Assembly: GCA_049315725.1 (NCBI GenBank)
Contig: JBMOJP010000003.1
Location: 7,909-71,908 of the forward strand
Direction of reading: 5' to 3'
Origin: Chthoniobacterales bacterium
GTDB lineage: Bacteria; Verrucomicrobiota; Verrucomicrobiia; Chthoniobacterales; JACTMZ01
DNA length: 64,000 bases
Under the pieces are notes generated by a model. The model worked only from the letters and a program-made list of their open reading frames with translations. It was not told the origin of the DNA and did no database searches. Below, one piece after another: positions 1 through 9,873 of the stretch. How positions within the stretch are numbered: the first letter of the stretch is position 1; the number at the start of each line of letters is the position of its first letter. The position numbers were made by a program, and so were the translations under genes.

Positions 1-1453
1 CACGGTGCTGCGCGACGGGCACCAGTCCCTCGCGGCCACGAGGATGAAGACGGAGCAGATGCTCCCGGCCTTGGCCGACCTTGATGCCATTGGTTTTCTT
101 CAGCTCGAAACGTGGGGTGGGGCCACGATTGATTCCTGCCTGCGCTACCTCGGCGAGAATCCCTTTGCCCGCATCACCGCGCTCAAGCAGGGCGCGCCGA
201 ACACGCCGCACTCCATGCTCCTGCGCGGGCAAAACATCGTGCAATACACGAGCTTTCCCGATGACGTGGTCGAGGCCTTTGTTCGTTGCACGGCCAAACG
301 TGGCATGGACGTGCTCCGCATTTTCGACGCGCTGAACGACCCGCGGAACCTGGAAACAGCGGTGCGCACCACGCTGGCCGCCGGGAAGCAGGCGCGGGGC
401 GAAATTTGCTATACGATCAGCCCGGTCCACACGACCGCAGCTTTCGTCGAGTTCGGCCAGGCCCTCGTCGAGATGGGATGCCAATCGGTCAGCATCAAGG
501 ACATGGCCGGCCTGATCGCGCCGAGGGTGGCCTACGATCTGGTTTCCTCGCTGAAGAAACGCTTCAGCGTCCCGATCATCCTGCACAGCCACGACACCGC
601 CGGCCTCGCCGCCTCGTCCTACCTTGCAGCCATCGAGGCCGGGGTCGATGCGGTGGAGACGTCGATCGTGCCGTTCGCCAATGGCACTTCCCAGCCGGAT
701 ACACTGCGCATGATGGCCCTGCTGCAAGGACATCCGCGTTGCCCCGATTACGACCGCGACCGCCTCGCCCGGCTGCGCACCCACTTCGAGAATATTTACG
801 AAGAGTTGAAAGCCTTCACCAGCCCGGCCAACGAGCGGGTCGATGTCGACATCCTGACCTATCAGGTCCCGGGCGGCATGCTGAGCAACTTCCGCACGCA
901 GTTGAAGGACCAGGGGATGGCGCCACGTTACGACGAGGTGCTCAAGGAAATGCCCGTCGTGCGGGCCGCCCTCGGTTACATTCCATTGGTCACACCCACC
1001 TCGCAGATCGTTGGCACGCAGGCCATGCTCAATGTGAAATTCGGCCGCTGGAAAATGATCTCCCAGCCGGCGCAGGACGTGGTGCTGGGCAAATACGGAC
1101 GCACACCCGGCCCGGTGGACGCGGAACTGCTTGCGCTGGTGGAGAAGCAAACCAAGACGAAAGCAGTGGTCGGGCGGCCGGCCGACTCGCTCTCACCCGG
1201 AATGCCCGCCCTGCGCGACCGTCTCAAGGAAAAGGGCTTCTCCCCAGACGATGAGACCGCCGTTCTCTTTGCCATGTTCCCCGTCGAAACGGGGAAGCTT
1301 CTGCGCGGTGAAAAACCCGGAGAGGTCAAGCCCGTGGCGGCTCCCCCGCCACCTGCCGCCGCCCCGGCGACTCCGGCCGGCCCGGCCCGTCACTATGTCA
1401 TGCAGATCGAGGGTCAGCACCACGATGTCCAGGTCGAGGAACTTTCCCTATGA
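1..1453 (+). CDS. Carboxyltransferase 5S-type subunit (methylmalonyl-CoA carboxyltransferase 5S / oxaloacetate decarboxylase alpha-like); 5' end outside window
   Basis: ORF 5..1453 (frame open to base 2) has carboxyltransferase TIM-barrel motifs LRDGHQSL, IKDMAGL, LHSHDTAGL, YQVPGGM, LVTPTSQIVGTQA. Pro/Ala tail but no biotinyl AMKM motif. Stop overlaps next start (ATGA at 1450). Confidence 0.85.
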   Translation, partial: TVLRDGHQSLAATRMKTEQMLPALADLDAIGFLQLETWGGATIDSCLRYLGENPFARITALKQGAPNTPHSMLLRGQNIVQYTSFPDDVVEAFVRCTAKRGMDVLRIFDALNDPRNLETAVRTTLAAGKQARGEICYTISPVHTTAAFVEFGQALVEMGCQSVSIKDMAGLIAPRVAYDLVSSLKKRFSVPIILHSHDTAGLAASSYLAAIEAGVDAVETSIVPFANGTSQPDTLRMMALLQGHPRCPDYDRDRLARLRTHFENIYEELKAFTSPANERVDVDILTYQVPGGMLSNFRTQLKDQGMAPRYDEVLKEMPVVRAALGYIPLVTPTSQIVGTQAMLNVKFGRWKMISQPAQDVVLGKYGRTPGPVDAELLALVEKQTKTKAVVGRPADSLSPGMPALRDRLKEKGFSPDDETAVLFAMFPVETGKLLRGEKPGEVKPVAAPPPPAAAPATPAGPARHYVMQIEGQHHDVQVEELSL

Positions 1454-2904
1454 GCAAGAATCTTTTCGCCGAGCAACTCGACCTCTCCGAATTTTCCGCT
1501 TCCACCCTCGCGGACTGGAAGGTGGCGGCCGAAGCCACCCTGAAGGGCAAGCCGCTGGAGAAGTTGACCAGCCAGACGCCCGATGGCTTGAAGGTTGAGC
1601 CGATCTACCAACCGGAGAATACGGTCCGCCTGCCCGGGGCGGAGAATGACCCCGGGGTCTTTCCCTACGTTCGAGGCACCCGGAGTTCCGTGAATTGGCA
1701 CACAGTGGATGCCGGGACCGACGTCGTGCCGGCTCGGTGGAGCAACGTGGCCGCCGATGAAATTCACGAGGCGGGAGGAAGTGCTGTGCAGGAGGTGGCT
1801 TTCGCCTGGGCCGCTGGATTGAAGCTTTTGCGCGAGGCCGAATCTGTCGGTCTGAGCGTGGATGAGGCCGCCGGGCGCCTGCGCTTCACCTTCGCCGCGG
1901 GCGGGGAGTTTTTTGTCGCCCTGGCCAAGCTGCGGGCGGCACGGTTCGGCTGGGCGCGGATTGTCACCGCCTGTGGCGGCAGCCCCGAAGCCGCGCGCAT
2001 GGTCATCCATGCCCGCACCTCGCGCTGGCAGCAGTCGTCGCTCGACCCTCACACCAACATGCTGCGTTCGACTGTCTCGGCCTACGCGGCCGTCCTCGGT
2101 GGCTGCGACAGCCTTGAGGTTTCGCCTTTTGACGAGGTCTTTCGCGAGCCGGACAACTTTTCGCGACGCATCGCCCACAACACCCAGACCATTCTACGTG
2201 ATGAGTGCCGGGCCGACGCCGTGGCCGACCCGGCGGGGGGATCGTGGTTTGTCGAGAGCCTGACGCGTGAAATCGCCGAGGCGGCCTGGGGCGAGTTGCA
2301 AAAGTCCGAGCAGGAGGGCGGCGAGGACGGCGTGTCCAAGTCCGCGCAGAAACAGCGAAACACGCTTTCCCAGCGCCGCCGCATCATGGTCGGGGTCAAT
2401 CAATACGCCGACCCCGGCGAGCAACCGCTCCCGGCCACCCGCCGCACGGGTGCGGAGCGACTGGCCGGTGGTTTCGAGCAACTGCGGGCCAACGCCCGGG
2501 CTTTTGCCGCCCGCCAGGGCGACACTCCGAAAATCTTTCTCCTCACCATGGGGCCGGTCCGGCAACACAAGGCGCGGGCGGATTTTGTGCGCGGATTTCT
2601 CGAACCGGGCGGATTTGCTGTTCTTTATCCGTCCGGCTTCGAGACGGCCGAGGCCGCGGCGCAGGCCGCACGCGAATCGGGCGCGCTGGCGGCCGTGCTC
2701 TGTTCGACGGACGAGACCTATCCCGAGTTGGTCCCTGCCGTGCTGACCACCCTCGGCGGGAAACTGCCCGTGTTTCTCGCCGGTTATCCCGCCGAACACG
2801 TCGCATCATTTCAAGCTGCGGGCATCAGCGATTTTATTCACGTGAAGGCTGACTGCGGTGCCTTCCTCGCCGCGTGGCAGCAGAAACTGGGGGTTTTATC
2901 ATGA
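1450..2904 (+). CDS. mutA: Methylmalonyl-CoA mutase small (beta) subunit
   Basis: 484-aa ORF, ATGA-coupled to both neighbours. Mutase-like fold sequence without the DxHxxG cobalamin loop, and positioned directly before the catalytic subunit. Confidence 0.8.
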   Translation: MSKNLFAEQLDLSEFSASTLADWKVAAEATLKGKPLEKLTSQTPDGLKVEPIYQPENTVRLPGAENDPGVFPYVRGTRSSVNWHTVDAGTDVVPARWSNVAADEIHEAGGSAVQEVAFAWAAGLKLLREAESVGLSVDEAAGRLRFTFAAGGEFFVALAKLRAARFGWARIVTACGGSPEAARMVIHARTSRWQQSSLDPHTNMLRSTVSAYAAVLGGCDSLEVSPFDEVFREPDNFSRRIAHNTQTILRDECRADAVADPAGGSWFVESLTREIAEAAWGELQKSEQEGGEDGVSKSAQKQRNTLSQRRRIMVGVNQYADPGEQPLPATRRTGAERLAGGFEQLRANARAFAARQGDTPKIFLLTMGPVRQHKARADFVRGFLEPGGFAVLYPSGFETAEAAAQAARESGALAAVLCSTDETYPELVPAVLTTLGGKLPVFLAGYPAEHVASFQAAGISDFIHVKADCGAFLAAWQQKLGVLS

Positions 2905-5045
2905 GCAAGATTCCGAATTTTTCCGCCCTGCCTCTCGGACTGGAGGTCGACGCGAACGGAACACGTGCTGCGGACAGTCCCGTGTGGACCACCATGGAGA
3001 AGATCGACGTCAAACCGGTTTACCGTCCGTCCGACCTCGGCACTTGTCCGCAGATCGGCTTCACCGCCGGGGTGCCGCCCTTTCTGCGCGGTCCCTATGC
3101 CACGATGTATGTGACCCGCCCATGGACCGTCCGCCAATACGCCGGCTTCTCCACCGCACGGGAGAGCAATGCGTTCTACCGCCGCAACCTCGCGGCCGGG
3201 CAGATGGGACTCTCCATCGCCTTCGATCTCGCCACCCACCGCGGCTACGACTCCGACCACCCGCGCGTCGTCGGCGACGTGGGCAAAGCCGGCGTGGCCG
3301 TGGACTCAGTTCTCGACATGAAGGTGCTCTTCGACGGTATCCCGCTCGATCGGATGTCGGTCTCGATGACCATGAATGGCGCGGTCATTCCCATCATGGC
3401 GTTCTACATTGTGGCCGCCGAGGAACAGGGCGTGGCGGCGGAGAAACTCACCGGCACAATCCAGAACGACATCCTCAAGGAATACATGGTGCGGAACACC
3501 TACATCTATCCGCCCGAGGCCTCGATGCGCATCATCGCCGACATCTTCGGATACACCTCGCAGCACATGCCGAAGTTCAACAGCATCAGTATCTCCGGCT
3601 ACCACATGCAGGAGGCCGGGGCCACGGCCGATCTTGAGATGGCTTACACCCTCGCCGACGGCGTGGAATATGTGCGGGCGGGGATGAAAGCGGGGATTCC
3701 GATCGACACCTTCGCCCCCCGTCTCTCGTTCTTCTGGGCCCAGGGTAAAAACATGTTCATGGAAATCGCGAAGATGCGCGCCGCGCGCGTGCTCTGGGCC
3801 AAGTTGCTCAAGGGGCTGGGTGCGGAGAACCCGAAGTCGCTCGCCTTGCGCACCCACTCGCAAACCTCGGGCTGGAGCCTGACCGAGCAGGATCCCTTCA
3901 ACAACGTCACCCGCACCTGCATCGAAGCGATGGCGGCGGCTTTCGGGGGGACCCAGTCGCTGCACACCAACTCGCTCGATGAAGCCATTGCGCTGCCGAC
4001 CGACTTCTCCGCCCGCATCGCGCGCAACACGCAGCTTTTTCTTCAGGACGAAACCGGCATCTGCCGCACCGTTGATCCCTGGGGCGGGTCGTATTTTGTC
4101 GAGAGCCTGACGCGGGATCTGATGGAGCGCGCGTGGGCTCACATCGTCGAGGTGGAGAAGCTCGGCGGCATGGCCAAGGCCATCGGGACCGGCCTGCCCA
4201 AGATGCGCATCGAGGAGGCGGCGGCCAAACGTCAGGCCCAGATCGATTCCGGCCGCGAGGCCATCGTCGGGGTCAACAAGCACCGACTCGAGAGGGAGGA
4301 CGCCCTGGAGATTCTGGCCGTGGATAACACCGCGGTTCGCGAGGAGCAGGTGGCGCAGCTGCAGAAACTGCGGGCTGAACGCGACAGAAGCCGGGTCGAA
4401 AGCGCCCTGACCGCGCTGACCGACGCGGCGCGGAACGAGTCCGGCAATCTGCTGGCTCTCGCCGTCGAAGCCGCACGGGCCCGCGCCACGCTCGGAGAGA
4501 TTTCCGACGCGATGGAAAATGTCTATGGTCGCCACATGGCGGTTGTGCGTTCCATCTCCGGGGTCTATGGCCGCGAATTCGGCGAGAGCCGTCAGATTGC
4601 CGACGTCCGTCGTTTGTGCGGGGACTTCGCGGCCGCCCATGGTCGGCGGCCGCGCATTCTCGTGGCCAAGATGGGCCAGGACGGCCACGACCGCGGGGCC
4701 AAGGTGGTCGCCACGGCTTATGCCGACCTCGGCTTCGACGTCGATATCGGCCCGCTGTTCCAAACGCCGGAGGAGACGGCAAAACAGGCGGTGGAAAACG
4801 ACGTGCACATCGTCGGCTTCAGCTCGTTGGCCGGCGGCCACAAAACCCTACTGCCGCAACTGGTCGGGGAGTTGAAAAAGCTCGGCCGCAGCGACATCCT
4901 CGTGGTCATTGGCGGAGTCATTCCCGCGCAGGATTACGACGACCTGCGTGCGCAGGGCGCGGCCGAGATCTTCGGCCCCGGCACGGTCATCCCCGACGCG
5001 GCCAAGCGCCTGCTCGCCGACCTCGACGCTCGGGTCAGGGCCTGA
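2901..5045 (+). CDS. mutB: Methylmalonyl-CoA mutase large (alpha, catalytic) subunit
   Basis: [34 protein letters not shown] and a C-terminal B12-binding [10 protein letters not shown] (DxHxxG). ATG at 2901 overlaps the mutA stop; the track ORF starts at 2874. Confidence 0.95.
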   Translation: MSKIPNFSALPLGLEVDANGTRAADSPVWTTMEKIDVKPVYRPSDLGTCPQIGFTAGVPPFLRGPYATMYVTRPWTVRQYAGFSTARESNAFYRRNLAAGQMGLSIAFDLATHRGYDSDHPRVVGDVGKAGVAVDSVLDMKVLFDGIPLDRMSVSMTMNGAVIPIMAFYIVAAEEQGVAAEKLTGTIQNDILKEYMVRNTYIYPPEASMRIIADIFGYTSQHMPKFNSISISGYHMQEAGATADLEMAYTLADGVEYVRAGMKAGIPIDTFAPRLSFFWAQGKNMFMEIAKMRAARVLWAKLLKGLGAENPKSLALRTHSQTSGWSLTEQDPFNNVTRTCIEAMAAAFGGTQSLHTNSLDEAIALPTDFSARIARNTQLFLQDETGICRTVDPWGGSYFVESLTRDLMERAWAHIVEVEKLGGMAKAIGTGLPKMRIEEAAAKRQAQIDSGREAIVGVNKHRLEREDALEILAVDNTAVREEQVAQLQKLRAERDRSRVESALTALTDAARNESGNLLALAVEAARARATLGEISDAMENVYGRHMAVVRSISGVYGREFGESRQIADVRRLCGDFAAAHGRRPRILVAKMGQDGHDRGAKVVATAYADLGFDVDIGPLFQTPEETAKQAVENDVHIVGFSSLAGGHKTLLPQLVGELKKLGRSDILVVIGGVIPAQDYDDLRAQGAAEIFGPGTVIPDAAKRLLADLDARVRA

Positions 5046-5082
5046 ACAAGACGCCCGGTTGGGCTCGCGGATTCTTCAGGGC

Positions 5083-5116
5083 ACAAAAAGGGCCGTGATG
5101 CCAAGAGACCACGGCC
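5083..5116 (-). terminator. Rho-independent terminator-like hairpin (minus strand)
   Basis: GGCCGTG (5091-5097) pairs with CACGGCC (5110-5116). On the minus strand it is followed by CTTTTTGT (the plus-strand A-run 5083-5090). Lies 18 nt after the stop of the GT4 remnant. Confidence 0.55.
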
Positions 5117-5133
5117 GCGCCGAAAAAGTCCCG

Positions 5134-5715
5134 CTATTTTCTTGTGCCCATCAAGATCTCGCTGGATCGCTGGTTCCGCGCGGCTGATCCGTTGAGCATG
5201 CTTTGGTAGACCTTCATGGTCAGATCCGCCGTGCGCTCCCAAGTGAAGTGCGCCGCCCGCGCCCGCCCCTGGCCGACCATCGTCTGCATCTCCGATCATC
5301 GTCATTGAGACAACTCCGCATGCCTTGGGCGATGGCCGCGACGTCGCGCGGATCCACCAGAATCGCCGCGTCGCCGGCCACCTCCGGAAGGGAGGTGGTG
5401 TTCGAGGTCACCACGGGAAGCCCGGCGGCAAAGGCCTCCAGCACCGGCAACCCGAATCACTCATGTAGCGACGGTAGCACCAGGGCGACCGCCTGCTTGT
5501 AGAGCGGAACAAGGTCAGCCTCCGGCACATGCCGCAGCCACCGAAGGGATCCCGCGTCGCCGTGTTCGAGTTCTCTGATGTCCGCTTCACAATTCCATCC
5601 GGCCCGCCCGGCCACGACCAGCGGGACTTGCCGGCGGACCAAGGCAGGAAGCGTGCGGTGCGCCTCGATGGTCCGCCGGGCTGACGTAGTAGGAATAGCT
5701 GTCGAGCATGCCGGT
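5134..5715 (-). pseudogene. Decayed family-4 (GT-B) glycosyltransferase, C-terminal half only
   Basis: Pieces in ORFs 5457..5642 and 5220..5450 plus an untracked frame read ...LVVAGRAGW...LYKQAVALVLPSLHE[TGA]FGLPVLEAFAAGLPVVTSNTTSLPEVAGDAAILVDP...AAHFTWERTADLTMKVYQ. There is an in-frame TGA at 5457-5459 at the Gly of the EGFG motif and a frameshift near 5290. The N-terminal domain is absent. Confidence 0.75.
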
Positions 5716-6417
5716 CAGCAGCGCGAGCGTGCCGACACTGGCCGTATAGGCGGCGGGGGGCGCGGGGGCCTTCTTGATGCCCAAGGCCTTGGCCTGCATC
5801 TTTTTCAGACCCTTGCTCACGGCCGGGTTCCTTTTGAACACCCGGGGCGCCTTGTCGATCGACTTGCTCAGCTTGTCTTGGCTGGCGCGGATCTTGTCAA
5901 AATTCTTCTTCTCGGCCGGGCTCAGCGTTTTTGCGCCCGCGAGCGGGCTGTAGTTCTCGTTGAGGGCCGCGACGGCGCCGCTCAGGGCGGTGCCCCCTTT
6001 GATGACTCCGGCGTTCTTCGAGCCGGTGAGTTCCCAGGTGATTTGCATGGCCTCGATCCCCGCTTGGGCTGCGGCGATGTCGTTGAAGAACGATTTGTTC
6101 TTGGTCCTCAGGCTCTTGTCCGCGGCCTGCAGGCTGGTGGAAACTTTTTTGAGCGATTGGAGGCAAGGCTTGGCCTTCGGGGTGGTCGCGGCCAGTTCAG
6201 GACCGGCCGCGCGGGTCGATTTGACCGTGTAGGCGAGGGATTTATTGGCCGACTCAAGCAGTTGGGTGGCGTTTTGTTTCCCCTTCGGTTTGGGCGCCTG
6301 ACCAGATTGGGCCGACAACGGACGCACGTGGAGAACTGCATAGGCGGCGAGCACGAGCAGGGCGACGTTTCTGAGGGTCTGCTTCGGAAGGCGGAGGAGT
6401 GGGCGCGGGGAATTCAT
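5587..6417 (-). CDS. Hypothetical secreted Lys/Ala-rich helical protein; 3' end probably not native
   Basis: 276-aa ORF with signal peptide (LLVLAAYAVLHVRPLSAQ) and ordinary composition, whereas the opposite-strand ORF is R/G/L-rich junk. The last ~40 codons run out of frame through the GT4 remnant. Confidence 0.6.
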   Translation of the reverse strand: MNSPRPLLRLPKQTLRNVALLVLAAYAVLHVRPLSAQSGQAPKPKGKQNATQLLESANKSLAYTVKSTRAAGPELAATTPKAKPCLQSLKKVSTSLQAADKSLRTKNKSFFNDIAAAQAGIEAMQITWELTGSKNAGVIKGGTALSGAVAALNENYSPLAGAKTLSPAEKKNFDKIRASQDKLSKSIDKAPRVFKRNPAVSKGLKKMQAKALGIKKAPAPPAAYTASVGTLALLTGMLDSYSYYVSPADHRGAPHASCLGPPASPAGRGRAGRMEL

Positions 6418-6441
6418 TTGTGGTCAGGTGGTGAATTTTGG

Positions 6442-6456
6442 TGGCACGTGGTTCGC
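6442..6456 (+). promoter_or_regulatory. Candidate sigma-54 (-24/-12) promoter
   Basis: TGGCACgtggtTCGC has canonical GG-to-GC spacing of 12 and one mismatch in the -12 TTGC element. It lies ~75 nt upstream of the FecR-like gene, and rpoN is encoded in this window. Confidence 0.35.
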
Positions 6457-6531
6457 CTATGGGCTTGGTGTCTGCCGGTCGACCAAAATTTCCATTGCGT
6501 CCGCGGTGATCAAGGTCCTAGATTTCAGTCC

Positions 6532-7503
6532 TTGAGCAATTCCGCCCGCTTCGCCGTTATTGTCTTGGTCGGGCTTCTCTCCTCCTCCCATCTCGGTCGA
6601 GCGGCAACCCTCCAGCCGGGTGACATTCGCGTGGCCCGCGTTCAGGGAACGGTGACCATCATTCAGGAAGGCGTTTCCTCGGACACGACCCTGAGCAAGG
6701 AAGACGAGGCCCTCGGGCGCTCTAGGCCCGAGATCGGGGCTGGCGGAAGAAAATCGCCCAGCGTCGGCTACATGATGCGGCAGGGTGAGGCGATCGAAAC
6801 CGGTCCGAATTCTAGCGCTACTCTAGTCTTCTCTAATGGCACGGCGATTGAGGTCGAGCAGAACACTTATTTTTCCATCAACCAGTTCCTCCAGCAGCCC
6901 TTCGAAGCTGGCGCCGTTAATCTGGCGACGACGAAGACGGAGCCCACGACATCCATCACCCAGATGACCCTAAAAAAGGGGTCCATTTTAGGCGACGTCC
7001 GCAAGTTGAACGAGGGTTCAAAAATGGAAATCAAGACCCCGGTAGGGACCGCCGGCATTCGGGGAACGAAATTCACCCTGACCATCGACTCCATCTCGGC
7101 GGATGGCTCTTTCACCGGGTCGTTGACGGTGCCAGAGGGATCTGTGTCATTCACCAACTCGGCCGGCGAAACGACAGTCATCGGCGCAGGCCAGACTTTC
7201 CGCATTGCGGGAAACATCGGCCAGCCCGTCAGCCTCGCCGATCCGACCAAGATGACACCCGAGGAAAGCAAAGCCTTGGAGCAGGCCTTCGCGCAGTTTG
7301 CCGAAAACTTCAGTTGGACCTCCCCGGATGGCTCCACTAGCACGACGACTTCGAGTGGGTCGCCGGACGGGGCGGACTCGGGTGGAGGCAACTTTGGTGG
7401 CGACGGCGGGGTTGTGCTCCCGACAGGCACCAGTGGGGGTGGCGGCGGCGGAGGTGGTGGCGGTGCTCCCGTGCAGACCCCGCCGACAATTTACGGCAAC
7501 TGA
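6532..7503 (+). CDS. FecR-domain periplasmic protein with Ser/Thr/Gly-rich tail
   Basis: 3' part of ORF 5578..7503. FecR-like core (ATLVFSNGTAIEVEQNT...KTPVGTAGIRGTKFTL), a signal-like N-terminus (FAVIVLVGLLSSSHLGRA) and a C-terminal run of 10 Gly. The start is uncertain: TTG 6532 is proposed because there is no in-frame ATG after 6417. Confidence 0.7.
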   Translation: MSNSARFAVIVLVGLLSSSHLGRAATLQPGDIRVARVQGTVTIIQEGVSSDTTLSKEDEALGRSRPEIGAGGRKSPSVGYMMRQGEAIETGPNSSATLVFSNGTAIEVEQNTYFSINQFLQQPFEAGAVNLATTKTEPTTSITQMTLKKGSILGDVRKLNEGSKMEIKTPVGTAGIRGTKFTLTIDSISADGSFTGSLTVPEGSVSFTNSAGETTVIGAGQTFRIAGNIGQPVSLADPTKMTPEESKALEQAFAQFAENFSWTSPDGSTSTTTSSGSPDGADSGGGNFGGDGGVVLPTGTSGGGGGGGGGGAPVQTPPTIYGN

Positions 7504-7578
7504 CCGGCCACTTTCGGTGAGGTATCTTGGCCGGCAGGCTGGTGCACAAAGCCCTCGCCCGGCTCCATTTTTGGGCCC

Positions 7579-9822
7579 ATGAAGCTGTGGCGATTAGCGG
7601 GCAAGGACGCGTTTTCGACTTCGGTCCTCGGTGGGTTTTTCTTGCTCGGTCTTCTCTGGGTTCTGCTTTCGCAGGTCCAGCTCATCCCGTGGCGAGGCGG
7701 GGGGGATTTCCTCGGGCCGGATGGAGTTCTCGGATTTCTTGAGGAGAAAACGGTCGATGCCCGCCTGCGGCTGCGGGGCGAAATTCCATCCCCGGTCCAG
7801 CTGGCCTACGTGAACGTGGACGCCGAGGCGATGGAAACGCTGGGCAACTTTCCGTGGAGCCGTGAGGTTTATGCCCTCGCGCTGGATGCGCTGTTCGAAC
7901 AAGGCGGCGTGCGCGGCGTGGGCATCGATTTTGTTCTTTCCGACACGGGCCTGCCGCAGCTTGGCCGCAAGGAGGCGAAGGCCGGAAGCGTGCTCCTGGG
8001 CGAGGCGGTGCGTCGTCATGGGGCCGTCGTCACGGCGGCGGCTTTTGGCTCGGGCGGGTCCGGCACGGTGGGCCGCTTTCCTTACGTCTTCGAAGGCCCC
8101 ACGGACGGCGCGCCCCCGGAGCTGCCGGCCTATCCTATCGTGGGTCCGACCTGGGGTCATGTTGGCCTGATCAACATGGTGGGTGAGAGCGTGCGGGATG
8201 TGCCCTTCTTTGCCCGGGCCGGGGAACACACCTATTTGCCGATGTCGCTGCAACTGGCCCTCATTCACTGGGGCGTGGATGCCTCCCGCGTGGAGATCGG
8301 CCCGGACGCGATGGTGGTGCGAGACAATGCCGATGCGACCCTGGCCCGGATTCCGCTCATCCTCGGCCAGCTGGTCCAACCCAACTGGTTTTCCGCCTGG
8401 GACTCCGACCAGAATATCCGGACCAGCATCGTCAACGTTATTGCCCAAGGCGAATTGGCGCGCACCGGCACGGACGAGGAGAAGGCGGCGGCTCGGGAGT
8501 TCTTCGCGAATTTCCGCGATACCTTCGTGCTCATTGGCGCGACGGACCCGCTGCTCAAGGATAACTCCGTGCTGCCGCTCAGTGGGGCCGTGCCCGCGCC
8601 GCGGGTGTCGATTCATGGCAACCTGCTCAAGACTCTTGTCTCCGGCCGATTTCTGCAACGCCCACCCGTCTGGGCCAACGTCCTGACCATCCTCGCCTTG
8701 GGCTTGTTCTCCGGTGTGGTCTGTCTGCTGCCTACCCGCTGGAGTCGGGCGGGAAAAATTGTGCTGGCGCTCCTGGTCGTGATCTACCTCGGCGGGGCTT
8801 TCGCGCTCCTGGCCTCGAGCAATTTGGTCCTTCCGCTCGTGGCGCCGCTCGGCGCGGCGGCCAGCGGGTTTTTCCTCGGCACCATCCTGCAGTTGGCCCA
8901 TGAGCAGAAGCAGAAGCGGCGGATCCAAGACTTGTTCGGCAGCTACGTGTCCTCGGCTGTCGTGCAGGAGATGGTGGAGAAAGACATCCCGCCGCAGACC
9001 GGCGGAGCCGAGGTGGAGATCACGGCCTTTTTCAGCGACATCGTTTCCTTCTCGCCCATTGCCGAGGAAATCTCCCCGACGGATCTGGTGGAACTGATGA
9101 GCGAATACCTCGGCGAGGGCACGGCCGCGGTCATGGCCGCTAATGGCACGCTGGACAAGTATGTCGGCGACGCGATTGTCTCGATCTTCGGCGCTCCGCT
9201 GCCCTGCCGCAATCATGCCGCGGCGGCCTGTCGCGCCGCTTTGGCCTTGCAGGATGGCCAGACGCTCCTGCGCGCCCGCTGGGTAGGGCAGGAGGGCCGG
9301 TGGCCGGCGCGGGTCCACCAGATGTCCACCCGGGTCGGCCTCAACACCGGCCCCGCCATTGTCGGGAACATCGGGTCGAAGCTGCGTTTCAACTACACCA
9401 TGATGGGCGACACGGTCAATCTGGCGGCCCGGTTGGAGGGTGCGGCTGGCTACTATGGCGCGCACATCCTGGTCTCGGGTGAAACTTTCGAGGCGGCGCG
9501 GCGGGATGATGCGGATTTGGTTTTTCGCGCGCTCGACCGCGTGCTGGTGCCGGGCCGCACCCAGCCGGTCGATGTTTTTGAGCTGCTCGGGTGTGGGGGT
9601 GAAGTGGCGGACGCCTGCGAGGCCCGTATACTGGCCTACGCCGGGGCGCGCGCCATCTACCGCGAGGGCCGTTGGGCCGAGGCGCGTGAGGCCTTCCTCG
9701 CCGCGGCCCAGCTCGAGCCGGAGGGCCGGGCGAAGAATCCCGCCAGCGCCATGGCCCGGCGTTGCGAACAAATGGCGGATCGGCCGGCCACGATTGACTT
9801 TATTTTTCCCCTGACGAAGTAG
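7579..9822 (+). CDS. CHASE2 sensor domain / class III adenylate cyclase
   Basis: N-terminal TM, then an extracytoplasmic domain of ~300 aa (CHASE2-like: VNVDAEAME...GIDFVLSD), 3-4 TM (aa ~362-440) and a cyclase domain (FFSDIVSFS, DKYVGDAIVSIFGAP, MGDTVNLAARLEG). The Lys in K-Y-V-G-D favours ATP as substrate. Confidence 0.9.
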   Translation: MKLWRLAGKDAFSTSVLGGFFLLGLLWVLLSQVQLIPWRGGGDFLGPDGVLGFLEEKTVDARLRLRGEIPSPVQLAYVNVDAEAMETLGNFPWSREVYALALDALFEQGGVRGVGIDFVLSDTGLPQLGRKEAKAGSVLLGEAVRRHGAVVTAAAFGSGGSGTVGRFPYVFEGPTDGAPPELPAYPIVGPTWGHVGLINMVGESVRDVPFFARAGEHTYLPMSLQLALIHWGVDASRVEIGPDAMVVRDNADATLARIPLILGQLVQPNWFSAWDSDQNIRTSIVNVIAQGELARTGTDEEKAAAREFFANFRDTFVLIGATDPLLKDNSVLPLSGAVPAPRVSIHGNLLKTLVSGRFLQRPPVWANVLTILALGLFSGVVCLLPTRWSRAGKIVLALLVVIYLGGAFALLASSNLVLPLVAPLGAAASGFFLGTILQLAHEQKQKRRIQDLFGSYVSSAVVQEMVEKDIPPQTGGAEVEITAFFSDIVSFSPIAEEISPTDLVELMSEYLGEGTAAVMAANGTLDKYVGDAIVSIFGAPLPCRNHAAAACRAALALQDGQTLLRARWVGQEGRWPARVHQMSTRVGLNTGPAIVGNIGSKLRFNYTMMGDTVNLAARLEGAAGYYGAHILVSGETFEAARRDDADLVFRALDRVLVPGRTQPVDVFELLGCGGEVADACEARILAYAGARAIYREGRWAEAREAFLAAAQLEPEGRAKNPASAMARRCEQMADRPATIDFIFPLTK

Positions 9823-9873
9823 GGGTTAACGAAGCGCCTTCACAAATCCGGCCTTTCCCCCCCCCGCGGTCGG

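Noticed and set aside
5457-5459. The in-frame TGA at the conserved Gly of EGFG could indicate UGA=Gly (code 25) or selenocysteine.
   Set aside because: TGA is used as the genuine stop of many well-defined genes in this window (for example the 5S subunit, mutA, recF, pyrR and pyrB). The same gene also has a frameshift and lacks its N-terminal half, so ordinary pseudogenisation explains it.
5578-6531. N-terminal ~320 aa of the 641-aa plus-strand ORF 5578..7503.
   Set aside because: This part is antisense to the well-formed secreted-protein ORF 5587..6417 and has junk-like composition. Only the segment after ~6532 carries the signal peptide and FecR motifs.
7435-7470. GGN-rich stretch encoding the poly-Gly run of the FecR-like protein as a nucleotide microsatellite.
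   Set aside because: The codons are mixed (ggt/ggg/ggc/gga), so there is no perfect nucleotide repeat likely to slip. It is simply a low-complexity protein tail.
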